From an uncultured Spirochaetota bacterium (GTDB taxonomy: Bacteria; Spirochaetota; Spirochaetia; Treponematales; Rectinemataceae), in assembly GCA_903821875.1 (NCBI GenBank), contig CAIJMU010000016.1, positions 36,961 to 100,960 on the forward strand: DNA of 64,000 nt. The letters run 5' to 3'. The position numbers were made by a program, and so were the translations under genes. Shown piece after piece: positions 8,477 to 16,587 of the stretch (the stretch's first letter is position 1; each line of letters starts with the position of its first letter). The notes below the pieces were generated by a model that was given only the letters and a program-made list of their open reading frames with translations, searched no databases and was not told the origin of the DNA.

Positions 8477-9799
8477 CTAATTGCACATAGTCGCAGAGGG
8501 CGAGGTTGCAGTTGAGGCAGAAGGGATACTCGTAGCGGAGCACGTTGTGCGGAAGGTCGCAAAGGCCTTGTCGTTCCAGATTTCCAGGATTCCGCGCTCC
8601 TCGAGGCTCCCGAAACTTTTCGGGGCGACGAGCTTTTCCCAGCCCCCGACGTGGCAGGCGTAGCGGTGCCAGAGGAAGTAGCAGGGATGGACCTTCCCGT
8701 CACGCGACACGAAGGCCGAGCCGCCCTCCACGAATTCGCAGGCCCTCTGGCTCTTCGGAGCCGCCTCTGGAAGGGCCAGCTCGAGGCCGGCAGCCCCGGC
8801 GATCGAGTGTGCCTCGGCAAACACGCGGCGGGCGCCTTCCATCCACGTCGCGTCGTGGCGGAACAGCCGCTCGAGGTTGAGCGTGATGCCGCGTCCGATG
8901 GCCTCGGCCTGGAGCTCCTTCACAATTGCGACAATACTCTCGTCCTCGGCAGTCTTTGAGTACTTGAGGTAGACCTCGGGATAGCGCGTGATGTCGAGGC
9001 CACGAGCTGCGCCTCTGGCCTCGTGCTTGGCCCGCAGTTCCAGCGCGAGGTCGAGGTTGGCGTCGTAGGCAGTCTCATCCACCGAGGCCTTTTCGTAGGG
9101 AAAGAGCTGGCTGACGAGCATGAAGTCCACACCGTGCTTCACAGCCCATGAGACCACGCGGGGCAGCTCTGCGAGGTTGTCCCTGCGGACGACGAACTCG
9201 ATGCCGATACGGGCCCTGTCCTTCCCGGTCGCCTTCCGTGCCTTGCCCAGGGCTTCGATCGCTGCCAAGGTGCGTGAGAGCTTTCCCCCTGTCCTGATGC
9301 CCGCATAGAGGGACTCGTCGAGGGCGTCCAGCGAGACGCAGATGCGGTCCGCTCCCGCCTCGATGAGCGACATGGCGCTGGCTTCATCCATGAGGACGCC
9401 GTTGGTCTGGAAGCCAATCGTGGAGTCCGGGGGCATGGCCGCGCGCGCCTGCCTTACGAAGTCCGCCAGGGCCGGATGCAGGAGGGGCTCGCCGATGCCG
9501 TTCAATACAAGGGATTCGAGCCGGGGAAAGGCCGGGGCGAGGGCCCTGAAGAGCTCTTCCGCGAAATCCCCGTCGCCTCCGCCCTCCCCGTCGTCGCAAC
9601 CGTTCTGCTTGGGGCACATGGCACAGGCCAGGTTGCACCTGGTGCTCGTCTCGACCACGAGGCGGCTGGGCCAGGGGAGGCCGGCCCGGGCCCCGCCGGC
9701 GCTAGCCTGAACCCCGCCGGCGCCAGCCTGAGCCCTGCCGGCGCCAGCCTGGGCCCTGCCGGCGATCGTCGGTGTTATCGTACTATTTACGATATTCAT
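8477..9799 (-). CDS. Radical SAM/SPASM-domain enzyme. An apparent 1-nt frameshift near 8547-8549 puts the conserved Cys-rich tail in another frame, continuing to 8391.
   Basis: CNLACAMCPKQ (CxxxCxxC) and the first SPASM element CEFVEGGSAFVSRDGKVHPC. After ...EIWNDKAFATFR the listed frame becomes low-complexity. The adjacent frame reads NVLRYEYPFCLNCNLALCDYVQLEDFTQDCHINEEPCAACLWCMGLFRCLY* with its stop at 8391-8393. Confidence 0.8.
   Translation of the reverse strand: MNIVNSTITPTIAGRAQAGAGRAQAGAGGVQASAGGARAGLPWPSRLVVETSTRCNLACAMCPKQNGCDDGEGGGDGDFAEELFRALAPAFPRLESLVLNGIGEPLLHPALADFVRQARAAMPPDSTIGFQTNGVLMDEASAMSLIEAGADRICVSLDALDESLYAGIRTGGKLSRTLAAIEALGKARKATGKDRARIGIEFVVRRDNLAELPRVVSWAVKHGVDFMLVSQLFPYEKASVDETAYDANLDLALELRAKHEARGAARGLDITRYPEVYLKYSKTAEDESIVAIVKELQAEAIGRGITLNLERLFRHDATWMEGARRVFAEAHSIAGAAGLELALPEAAPKSQRACEFVEGGSAFVSRDGKVHPCYFLWHRYACHVGGWEKLVAPKSFGSLEERGILEIWNDKAFATFRTTCSATSIPSASTATSPSATMCN
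9695..9764. repeat. 21-bp tandem repeat, about 3.3 copies, inside the 5' end of the radical SAM gene
   Basis: GCCGGCGCTAGCCTGAACCCC / GCCGGCGCCAGCCTGAGCCCT / GCCGGCGCCAGCCTGGGCCCT / GCCGGCG. It encodes (AGRAQAG)-like heptads upstream of the CxxxCxxC motif. Confidence 0.9.
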
Positions 9800-9800
9800 A

Positions 9801-11081
9801 TTACGTAGGTGTCCCGCCGCCTGCCAGTCTATCCAGGAAGGAATCCCAGTCTGCCATCATTGTGTCGACGGTCGTCCTGGCCCTGGCGAGGGCCTCGTCG
9901 CCAGGCGCCTTCAGGTAGCTGGCGACTGCCTCGTCGCACAGCCGTCCCTGGAGGGCATCGCGCTTTTCAAGGAAGGCCGGATCGGATGAACGCAGCGCTC
10001 CCCCGAGTTTCCTGGCGCGGAGCCTCGAGCGTTCCCAACTAGCATAGGATTCCCTGGAGTCCTCTTCGTAGGCATAGCCGGTCCAGAGCGGAATAAAACC
10101 CGAGTCGGAAAGAACAATTGGTGCAAAGAGGGAAAGGCAGGGATAGGGCGTCCCTGAAAACCAGACGATAGCCCAGGCTCCTTTGCCGGCACCCGGGGCA
10201 GCCGGCGAGCCGCCACTGCCCGAGCGGGGGGCCAGATACTCGACGACGAGGCTGGCGGTGGCCGTGCTTTTTACCGGGAACCCTGCCTCGTGGACGCAGG
10301 GCGCGCCCATGTCCCTGCCGTCGGAACGATTCCTCCCGTGGTCGCGCAGGGCCTTCAGCATTGTGTCCAAACCCGCATGGCTATCCCCGGCTATGGTCGC
10401 GGCGGTGCAGGACCTCCGGCTGTCGCCCTTTGAAAAGGCCAGGTAGAAGCGGTCCTCGACCAGGCTTCGCCAGCTCTTTCCGCCCCGTGCTGTTTCCAGC
10501 TCCAAGCTGCTACGGCTGTCCATCCCCCCTGCGTCCTCGCCGATGGAGTAGGCATTAGATATCGTGGCGGCTTTTCCCGCATGTTTCCAGGCCCAGCGCC
10601 GGCCGGCCGTCTCGACGACAAAGGCTTCCGAGGGGTCGGATACGATAAAGGAATTGGAATAGACGAGGCTGCCCTTGTAGGCCCCGTTCCCCCCCTGGTC
10701 ATGCGTCTCGACAAAGGCGCAGATGAGGTCCCTCGCCTCGGCAGCGCTGCCGGCAGAAGCGAGGGTAGCCCGAAGGAGGGCCATGCCCAGGACGCCGTCT
10801 TTTTTCACCTTGAAGCGGGAGAAGACCGCTTCGTTTCCCACGGCCAGGCCACGGGAGTTGACACCCATCTCCCCCCCGGGCATCCAGGAGGGCTTTGACA
10901 ATACATAGGAATATCCGGAGTCGGCTGCGTCGAAGGAGAGCCCCCCGGAGGCTGTGTGCGCTGCGGGAGCCCGTGAGGGAACCAGGCAGATAGCCTGGGG
11001 CTCCTCAGGATGGCGGTCGGAGTTCTTGGCGAAGAAGGAACCCTGCGATCCGCCGGGGGCCGAGTAAAGGGTGTCACACAT
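9801..11081 (-). CDS. Peptidase C69 / secernin-like Cys N-terminal-nucleophile hydrolase
   Basis: Met-Cys start MCDTLY...FFAKNSDRHPEEPQ is typical of C69/secernin-type Ntn hydrolases. AGGAG RBS lies 7 nt upstream of ATG 11081. The stop TAA is 1 nt before the radical SAM ATG. Confidence 0.7.
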   Translation of the reverse strand: MCDTLYSAPGGSQGSFFAKNSDRHPEEPQAICLVPSRAPAAHTASGGLSFDAADSGYSYVLSKPSWMPGGEMGVNSRGLAVGNEAVFSRFKVKKDGVLGMALLRATLASAGSAAEARDLICAFVETHDQGGNGAYKGSLVYSNSFIVSDPSEAFVVETAGRRWAWKHAGKAATISNAYSIGEDAGGMDSRSSLELETARGGKSWRSLVEDRFYLAFSKGDSRRSCTAATIAGDSHAGLDTMLKALRDHGRNRSDGRDMGAPCVHEAGFPVKSTATASLVVEYLAPRSGSGGSPAAPGAGKGAWAIVWFSGTPYPCLSLFAPIVLSDSGFIPLWTGYAYEEDSRESYASWERSRLRARKLGGALRSSDPAFLEKRDALQGRLCDEAVASYLKAPGDEALARARTTVDTMMADWDSFLDRLAGGGTPT

Positions 11082-11094
11082 GATTACTCCTGTC

Positions 11095-12072
11095 TCAGCG
11101 CTTGATCCTGCCAGGCAGGATGAAATCGTAGCGCAGGCCAAGCAGCCTGGATTTGACAAAGCGGTCGAAGCGCCTGAATCCGAGGAAGAGCGTCCAGATG
11201 AGCCTGTCCTCGCGGTAGTAGTCGTCGATCTCCTTGACCGTGAAGGGGGTCAGCCCAGGAGGAAGGAAGCCGTTCAGGATGGCGAGCGAGGGTACCACCA
11301 GGTCGGATCGTCCTTCCTTGTAGAGGTTAGCCGCAAGATCCTTGAGCACGAAACGGAGGTCGTAGTAGCGCTCCATCACGTCTTTCAGGAAGAAGAGCCT
11401 GAGTATCCAGCGGAGGAAGCCGGGTGTGCTCCGGAGGAGGATCTCGGGCTCGAGCTGTTCGATCCCGTACTTGCGGAACAGGGGTGTGCCGGTGTCGACG
11501 TAGACAATGCCCGTGACGGCATCGATTGTCCTGATCGCCCAGTTCGACAGCTGACCGTCGAGGGCGAGGCGCAGGGCCGGTTCGCCGTGCCTGTTGTATT
11601 CCCAGATCTTTGCAATTTCGTGCACGACACGGTCTATTACCTCGAGGGAGGCTGAAGCCTCCGAGGATCGCACCCGGGAATGGCAGAAGTCCACCGCTCG
11701 GAGCTCCTCCTGTCCGATGTAGAGCACGGACATCATCCCGGGCCTGTCGATGATCGTCGTCGTCTGGGCCGGGAGCTCGAGGCCGGCAGCCGTGAGGGCC
11801 GCGGAATATTCGTGGAAACTCCTGGCGTAGCGCTCGGCCTCGGCGTGGTCGCGGAACAGCGGCAGGCGCTTCCAGATCCGTCCGTGACTGCCCTCGGAGC
11901 GGAGGATGCAGGAGATCTCCCCGAAGCCTATGACCTCGACGCTGCCCTTGGGCACGGACCTTCCCTCTGTGGCTGCCTCCTGGGCGGCGGCGATGGCCTT
12001 CGGGTCGATGTCCGCCTCCATCGCCGCGAGGAAGGCCCCGTCCCCTGGAGGAATATTCCTATTTGTTCCCAT
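11095..12072 (-). CDS. Hypothetical protein, possibly a protein-kinase-like fold
   Basis: 325 aa from ATG 12072, which overlaps the upstream stop (ATGA). Weak kinase-like features: VIGFGEISCIL (Gly-rich loop), IWKRLP (Lys), DGQLSNWAI (catalytic-loop-like), YVDTGT (DxG-like). No family recognised with certainty. Confidence 0.5.
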   Translation of the reverse strand: MGTNRNIPPGDGAFLAAMEADIDPKAIAAAQEAATEGRSVPKGSVEVIGFGEISCILRSEGSHGRIWKRLPLFRDHAEAERYARSFHEYSAALTAAGLELPAQTTTIIDRPGMMSVLYIGQEELRAVDFCHSRVRSSEASASLEVIDRVVHEIAKIWEYNRHGEPALRLALDGQLSNWAIRTIDAVTGIVYVDTGTPLFRKYGIEQLEPEILLRSTPGFLRWILRLFFLKDVMERYYDLRFVLKDLAANLYKEGRSDLVVPSLAILNGFLPPGLTPFTVKEIDDYYREDRLIWTLFLGFRRFDRFVKSRLLGLRYDFILPGRIKR

Positions 12073-13358
12073 CACTTCCCTTTCTTCCCGAAGACCCCTG
12101 CGGCCATCGCCGCCAGTGCCAGTCCGGGCTTGAGCAGGCGGGCCTTCCCGATGGCGGCTTCGAGCCGCCCGAAGACCTCGTCGAGCTCTCCCTCCTCCAT
12201 CACCAGAGGAGGGAGGCACTGCAGTATGCGCTTGTCGTTGTTGGCGTAGATCATGAGGAGCCCTGCGTCATAGCTGGTCCGGGTCATGAGGGGGCCGTCG
12301 TCCTCGTCGCCGAACTCCAGGCCCATCATGAGGCCGAGGCGTCTGAGTCCCTTGAGGTAGCCGTGGCTCCGTCCCGCGAGCTCCCCGACGCGTTGTGCGA
12401 AAGCATCCGACAGGGATCTGACATGGGCGAGGAAGGCTGGCTCCTGGGAAATGCGCAGCACTTCCATCGCTACCCGGCAGCCGAGCTCAGAGCCGCCGAA
12501 GGTCGAGATGTGGATAAAGGGGTCCTCATGGAAAACCTCTTCGAGTTCGTCCCTGAACATGGTCGCACTTATCGGGTAGATGCCGCCGGAGAGCCCCTTC
12601 CCTGTCACCACGATGTCCGGCACGATGCCGAAGTGCTCGAAGCCCCAGAAGCGTCCAGTCCTCCCGAGGCCCGTCTGCACCTCGTCCATGACCAGGAGGG
12701 CTCCGCGCTTCCGGCAGAGCGCAGCGGCGCCTTCCATGAAAGCGGTCGTCGGTATCGGCATACCGAGGGTCGCCGGCACGGTCTCCATGATGACTGCCGC
12801 CGTATCCGCGTCGACCGCCTCCTCGAGGGCGGCCAGATCGTGGTGGGACACCTGGACGAAGCCCCCTGGCCGCGGTCCGAAGGGCGCGCGGTACTTGTCG
12901 TCTCCGGTAGCGAGCGCATAACCTGTGTGCCCATGGTAGGCCCCGACAAAGGAGACGATCTTCGCGCGCCTCGTGTATGCCCGTGCGAGCTTGATGGCGA
13001 CATCGATCGCCTCACCTCCGCCGACGCCGAACACCGTTTTCCCCAGCCCCTTCGGCAGGGTCGCCGCGAGGGCCTTCGCCAATGCGGCACGCTCGGCGCT
13101 CATCAGGTGGTGGTTCCCGATGTCGAGCTCGTCGAGCGATTTCTTCATGACTGATATGATTGCGGGATTCCGGTGTCCGAGGTTGAAGACCCCGCCGTTG
13201 GAGTGGAGGTTGATGAGTTCCTTCCGGCCGTCGAGGTCGGACAGGCGCGTGCCGCCGCGGCTGCCCATCACGAAGTCCATGCCGTACTTCCTGAAAAAGG
13301 CCGCCTTCCACTTCGACACGTGGGTCGCGAAGGCCTCGATGCTCTCTTTCCTGTCCAT
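12072..13358 (-). CDS. Class-III (omega-type) PLP aminotransferase
   Basis: 428 aa with GGGEAIDVAIKLAR, DEVQTGLGRTGRFWGFEH and the PLP-Lys motif VVTGKGLSGG. Confidence 0.85.
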   Translation of the reverse strand: MDRKESIEAFATHVSKWKAAFFRKYGMDFVMGSRGGTRLSDLDGRKELINLHSNGGVFNLGHRNPAIISVMKKSLDELDIGNHHLMSAERAALAKALAATLPKGLGKTVFGVGGGEAIDVAIKLARAYTRRAKIVSFVGAYHGHTGYALATGDDKYRAPFGPRPGGFVQVSHHDLAALEEAVDADTAAVIMETVPATLGMPIPTTAFMEGAAALCRKRGALLVMDEVQTGLGRTGRFWGFEHFGIVPDIVVTGKGLSGGIYPISATMFRDELEEVFHEDPFIHISTFGGSELGCRVAMEVLRISQEPAFLAHVRSLSDAFAQRVGELAGRSHGYLKGLRRLGLMMGLEFGDEDDGPLMTRTSYDAGLLMIYANNDKRILQCLPPLVMEEGELDEVFGRLEAAIGKARLLKPGLALAAMAAGVFGKKGK

Positions 13359-13448
13359 GCTCCCCTTCCGCGATCACCCGACGCGCATGATCGCACGGGT
13401 TGACTGCCCCCGCAATGGACGCCGCTGGATGTGAATATTCCTTTCCAC

Positions 13449-13477
13449 TTGACTTCCTGTCTGCAAACGATAAAAAT
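13449..13477 (+). promoter_or_regulatory. Candidate sigma70-type promoter for the CoA-transferase gene
   Basis: TTGACT (13449-13454), a 16-17 nt spacer, then TAAAAAT (13471-13477), about 45 nt upstream of the AGGAGG RBS and TTG start. Confidence 0.4.
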
Positions 13478-13519
13478 AGCCCGAATAAGCCCTTTATCTG
13501 TCCCTTCTAGGAGGCTCCC

Positions 13520-15019
13520 TTGTCCCTTCCCTTTCCCATACTCAGCGCCGAAGAGGCTGCCGAGCTTGTCCAGGATGGACAGACCATCGGCTTCAGCGGT
13601 TTCACTCCAGCGGGTGCGGCCAAGGCAGTTCCGGCAGCCCTGGCGCTCAAGGCCAGGAGGGAGCACGCAGCGGGCCGGGCCTTCAAGGTCGGCGTGCTCA
13701 CGGGAGCGTCCACGGGGAAGAGCCTCGACGGGGCCCTTGCCGCCGCCGAGGCCATCAGCTTCCGCATGCCCTACCAGTCCGATTCGACCCTGCGCAAGCA
13801 GATCAACGAGGGGAAGGTGCGCTTTGTCGACATGCACCTCTCCCTCGTGCCCCAGAACGTGCGCTACGGCTTCATGGGACCGATACACTGGGCCATCGTC
13901 GAGGCCTGCGACATCACTGCCGGAGGCGGTGTGGTGCTGACCTCCTCGGTGGGAGCCTCCAACACCTACCTCCGGCTTGCGGACAGGATCATCATAGAAC
14001 TGAACGCCCGCCATCCCAGCTCCCTCCTCGGGCTGCACGACCTCTTCGAACCCCAGGATCCCCCCGCCCGCCAGGAGATCCCCATCTATGCGGCTTCCGA
14101 CCGCGTGGGTTCCCCGATCTGCGTCATCGACCCGAAAAAAATAGCGGGAATTGTGATGACTGACCTCGCCGACGAGACGGGAGGCTTTGACGAAGCCACC
14201 GAGGTCACCGGGCGCATCGGGCAGCACGTGGCCGACTTCCTGGCGGCAGAAATGCGGGCCGGACGCATACCCCCGGGCTTCTTGCCCCTCCAGTCGGGCG
14301 TCGGCAACATAGCCAACGCCGTCCTCGGAGCCCTCGGCCAGAGCAGGGACATCCCAGCCTTCGAGATGTACACCGAGGTGCTGCAGGACTCTGTCGTGCC
14401 CCTCCTTGAAAACGGTCGCTGCACCTTCGCCTCGACCTGCGCCCTGACCCTCTCGCAGGAGTCCATGAAGCGTGTAACTGAAAACATCGATTATTTCAAG
14501 CGGCGTGTGGTCCTCCGCCCACAGGAGATCTCCAACCACCCCGAGATCGTGCGTCGCCTGGGCATCGTGTCGATGAACACAGCCATCGAGGTGGACCTCG
14601 GCGGCAACGTCAACTCCACCCACCTCATGGGCAAGACCATGATGAACGGCATCGGGGGATCGGGCGACTTCACGAGAAACGCCTATCTGTCAATATTTTC
14701 CTGTCCCTCGACGGCCAAGGAGGGGAAGATCTCCGCGATTGTCCCGCTCGCCGCACACATGGACCACAGCGAGCACTCTGTGCAGGTCATCGTGACCGAG
14801 CACGGTGTCGCCGACCTCCGCGGCAAGGACCCCCGCGAGCGCGCCAGGATCATCATCGAAAAATGCGCCGATCCTGAGTACCGCGATATGCTCCGCGACT
14901 ACCTCAAGCTTTCGCTGACGGGGCACGAGCCCCTCTCGCTCTCCCTGGGCCTCGCCATGCACCGCGCCTACCTCAGGCACGGTGACATGAGGAACATCCA
15001 GTGGGAAGAGTATAGATAG
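13520..15019 (+). CDS. Acetyl-CoA hydrolase/transferase family protein (succinyl-CoA:acetate CoA-transferase-like)
   Basis: 499 aa with a TTG start after AGGAGG. ILSAEEAAELVQDGQTIGFSGFTPAG...SMNTAIEVDLGGNVNS...GIGGSGDF is typical of the Cat1/ASCT family. Confidence 0.85.
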   Translation: MSLPFPILSAEEAAELVQDGQTIGFSGFTPAGAAKAVPAALALKARREHAAGRAFKVGVLTGASTGKSLDGALAAAEAISFRMPYQSDSTLRKQINEGKVRFVDMHLSLVPQNVRYGFMGPIHWAIVEACDITAGGGVVLTSSVGASNTYLRLADRIIIELNARHPSSLLGLHDLFEPQDPPARQEIPIYAASDRVGSPICVIDPKKIAGIVMTDLADETGGFDEATEVTGRIGQHVADFLAAEMRAGRIPPGFLPLQSGVGNIANAVLGALGQSRDIPAFEMYTEVLQDSVVPLLENGRCTFASTCALTLSQESMKRVTENIDYFKRRVVLRPQEISNHPEIVRRLGIVSMNTAIEVDLGGNVNSTHLMGKTMMNGIGGSGDFTRNAYLSIFSCPSTAKEGKISAIVPLAAHMDHSEHSVQVIVTEHGVADLRGKDPRERARIIIEKCADPEYRDMLRDYLKLSLTGHEPLSLSLGLAMHRAYLRHGDMRNIQWEEYR

Positions 15020-15069
15020 GAAGGTCGGTTAGGCCCGGCGCGCTGGCTGCCGATCGGCCCGCGGTGGGC

Positions 15070-15780
15070 TCAGCCGGGCGCGACGGAGCGCCGCACGAGG
15101 TCGACGAGGGAGGCTATAAGGCCCTCGCCGTCGTCGGCGTCGACAGAATCCCCGGCGAAGATGCGCATCCGGTCGCGGTAGTAGTCCGAGGCGAAGGAGA
15201 ACTGGAACACGATCAGGAGGTTGTCCAGGTAGAAGGCGAGGGCTCCGGCGTCGAGTTCCTGCCTGATGGTGCCCGCAGCCTTGGACGCCGCGATGGAACG
15301 TTGATACAGGGATGCAGTTATCGTTTCGAGTCGATAGGACAGCCGTCCCGAAAGCGGGGCCAGGCCCTGGGTGGTGGCGTCCAGATAGATCTGGGTGAGT
15401 TCGGGGTACTTCCTGGCATAGTCGCGCGAGGAGTGGAGGAGGCGGGCAAAGAGACTAACTATGCCTTCAGCGCCAGCCTTATCTGAAGCCTCGGTTGCGG
15501 CCTCGGCTTCGGTGAGGGCCTCCCTGAGGACACGGTAGCCCTCGTCGATGATGGTGAGGAAGAGGGCTTCCTTGGATTCGAAATAGCTGTACATCGAGCC
15601 GATGCTGATGCCCGACCTTTTGGCAATCTCGTTGATGTTGGCGGCATTGAAACCCTTCTGTGCAAACTCGGCCACAGCCATCTCAAGGAGGAGGCGCTTC
15701 CGCTCCTCGTCGATCTTGCCGAAGGTCGCCTTGTAGAAGGGGGGCCATTCGGCTGCGGAGTCGATGTCGGGAGGAATCAC
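15070..15780 (-). CDS. TetR/AcrR family transcriptional regulator
   Basis: N-terminal HTH: LLEMAVAEFAQKGFNAANINEIAKRSGISIGSMYSYFESKEALF. The GTG start overlaps the upstream stop (GTGA). Confidence 0.85.
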   Translation of the reverse strand: MIPPDIDSAAEWPPFYKATFGKIDEERKRLLLEMAVAEFAQKGFNAANINEIAKRSGISIGSMYSYFESKEALFLTIIDEGYRVLREALTEAEAATEASDKAGAEGIVSLFARLLHSSRDYARKYPELTQIYLDATTQGLAPLSGRLSYRLETITASLYQRSIAASKAAGTIRQELDAGALAFYLDNLLIVFQFSFASDYYRDRMRIFAGDSVDADDGEGLIASLVDLVRRSVAPG

Positions 15781-16586
15781 GTCAACATCCCCTGGAGTAT
15801 GGCCATGTGGTCGTTGAGCTGGGCTGCGTATTCAGGCGAGCCCTCGACGCTGACACAGCCGCGTTCCACGCCCTCCACGAAGCCCACATCCTTGAGGAGG
15901 ACAGCCATGGCTCCGTCGACGGAGAGGAAGCGGAAGTGCACAAAGGGACTCCGCCTCGTGTAGATGCCCCGGCCCGCCTTGGTGTTGCCGGCTTTCACGC
16001 GGAGCCAGACCGCAATGCGCGTCTCCTCGACCGGTTCGACGGTGAACTGGTAGACGCGGTCGGGTTGCCGGGAGGTCCATTCGCGCATCACCTCCACGCC
16101 GGCCTTGTTGTACTGGCTGAGCGCAGTCGTGATCATCGACAAGGCGAGCTTGATCTTCAGGCGGCGGCGCTCGGGGTCCTTGGGGCGGGCGCTCGGCATC
16201 ATGAGCTTGAGGCTCATGAGAAGCATCAATACCTTAATAAGTAGGCCTGGTTTGCCAAGGCCCTTGATGGCGGGCAGGTTGGCTCCCCCCCGCAGCATCT
16301 GGTTCATCTTGCCGACCGACTTGAAGGAGAGCGTGATGTCCGGCCCCTCGAGGAGCTCCTCGACGATATCGAGCCTGCCCTCGTCGAAGACAAGGGTTAC
16401 TCCCTCCCAGACTCCGCCCTCGAGGTAGCACATGCGCACCCGGGCCTTGACCTTCGCGAAGCTCCTGGCCATCGCGGGATCCTCCGCGATGACGATCTTC
16501 ATGACCGGGAAGGCTGCGCGGAAAAATAGCCTGGCGACGAGGTGATCCTGGTCAGGGACCGCCGGAGCGGCATCGGATTCGGCCAT
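15777..16586 (-). CDS. SCP2-like (sterol-carrier-type) domain protein, paralogue of 19730-20488
   Basis: 269 aa from ATG 16586, 1 nt after the transketolase stop. It shares the segment ITLSFKS..MNQMLRGGANLPAIKGLGK with the paralogue (ISLWFSG..FNSMVAGSGSPIPLKGLTK). The C-terminal tail is SCP2-like. The fold assignment is tentative. Confidence 0.5.
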   Translation of the reverse strand: MAESDAAPAVPDQDHLVARLFFRAAFPVMKIVIAEDPAMARSFAKVKARVRMCYLEGGVWEGVTLVFDEGRLDIVEELLEGPDITLSFKSVGKMNQMLRGGANLPAIKGLGKPGLLIKVLMLLMSLKLMMPSARPKDPERRRLKIKLALSMITTALSQYNKAGVEVMREWTSRQPDRVYQFTVEPVEETRIAVWLRVKAGNTKAGRGIYTRRSPFVHFRFLSVDGAMAVLLKDVGFVEGVERGCVSVEGSPEYAAQLNDHMAILQGMLT

Positions 16587-16587
16587 G

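Noticed and set aside
13359-13519. The leader of the aminotransferase/radical-SAM operon, searched on the minus strand for a short precursor-peptide ORF.
   Set aside because: Only a 4-codon ATG ORF is present, and nothing resembles a RiPP precursor.
13268-14623. 451-aa ORF on the minus strand, antisense to the CoA-transferase gene. Similar long antisense or shadow ORFs occur at 4842-6617, 18477-19742, 29227-30309, 33105-34112, 34060-35079, 43349-44518, 46082-47218, 51872-52954 and 53444-54409.
   Set aside because: Each lies opposite a gene with clear family motifs. Their translations are low-complexity and Arg/Gly/Pro/Ala-rich, with no recognisable domains. This is the expected behaviour of stop-poor alternative frames in high-GC DNA.
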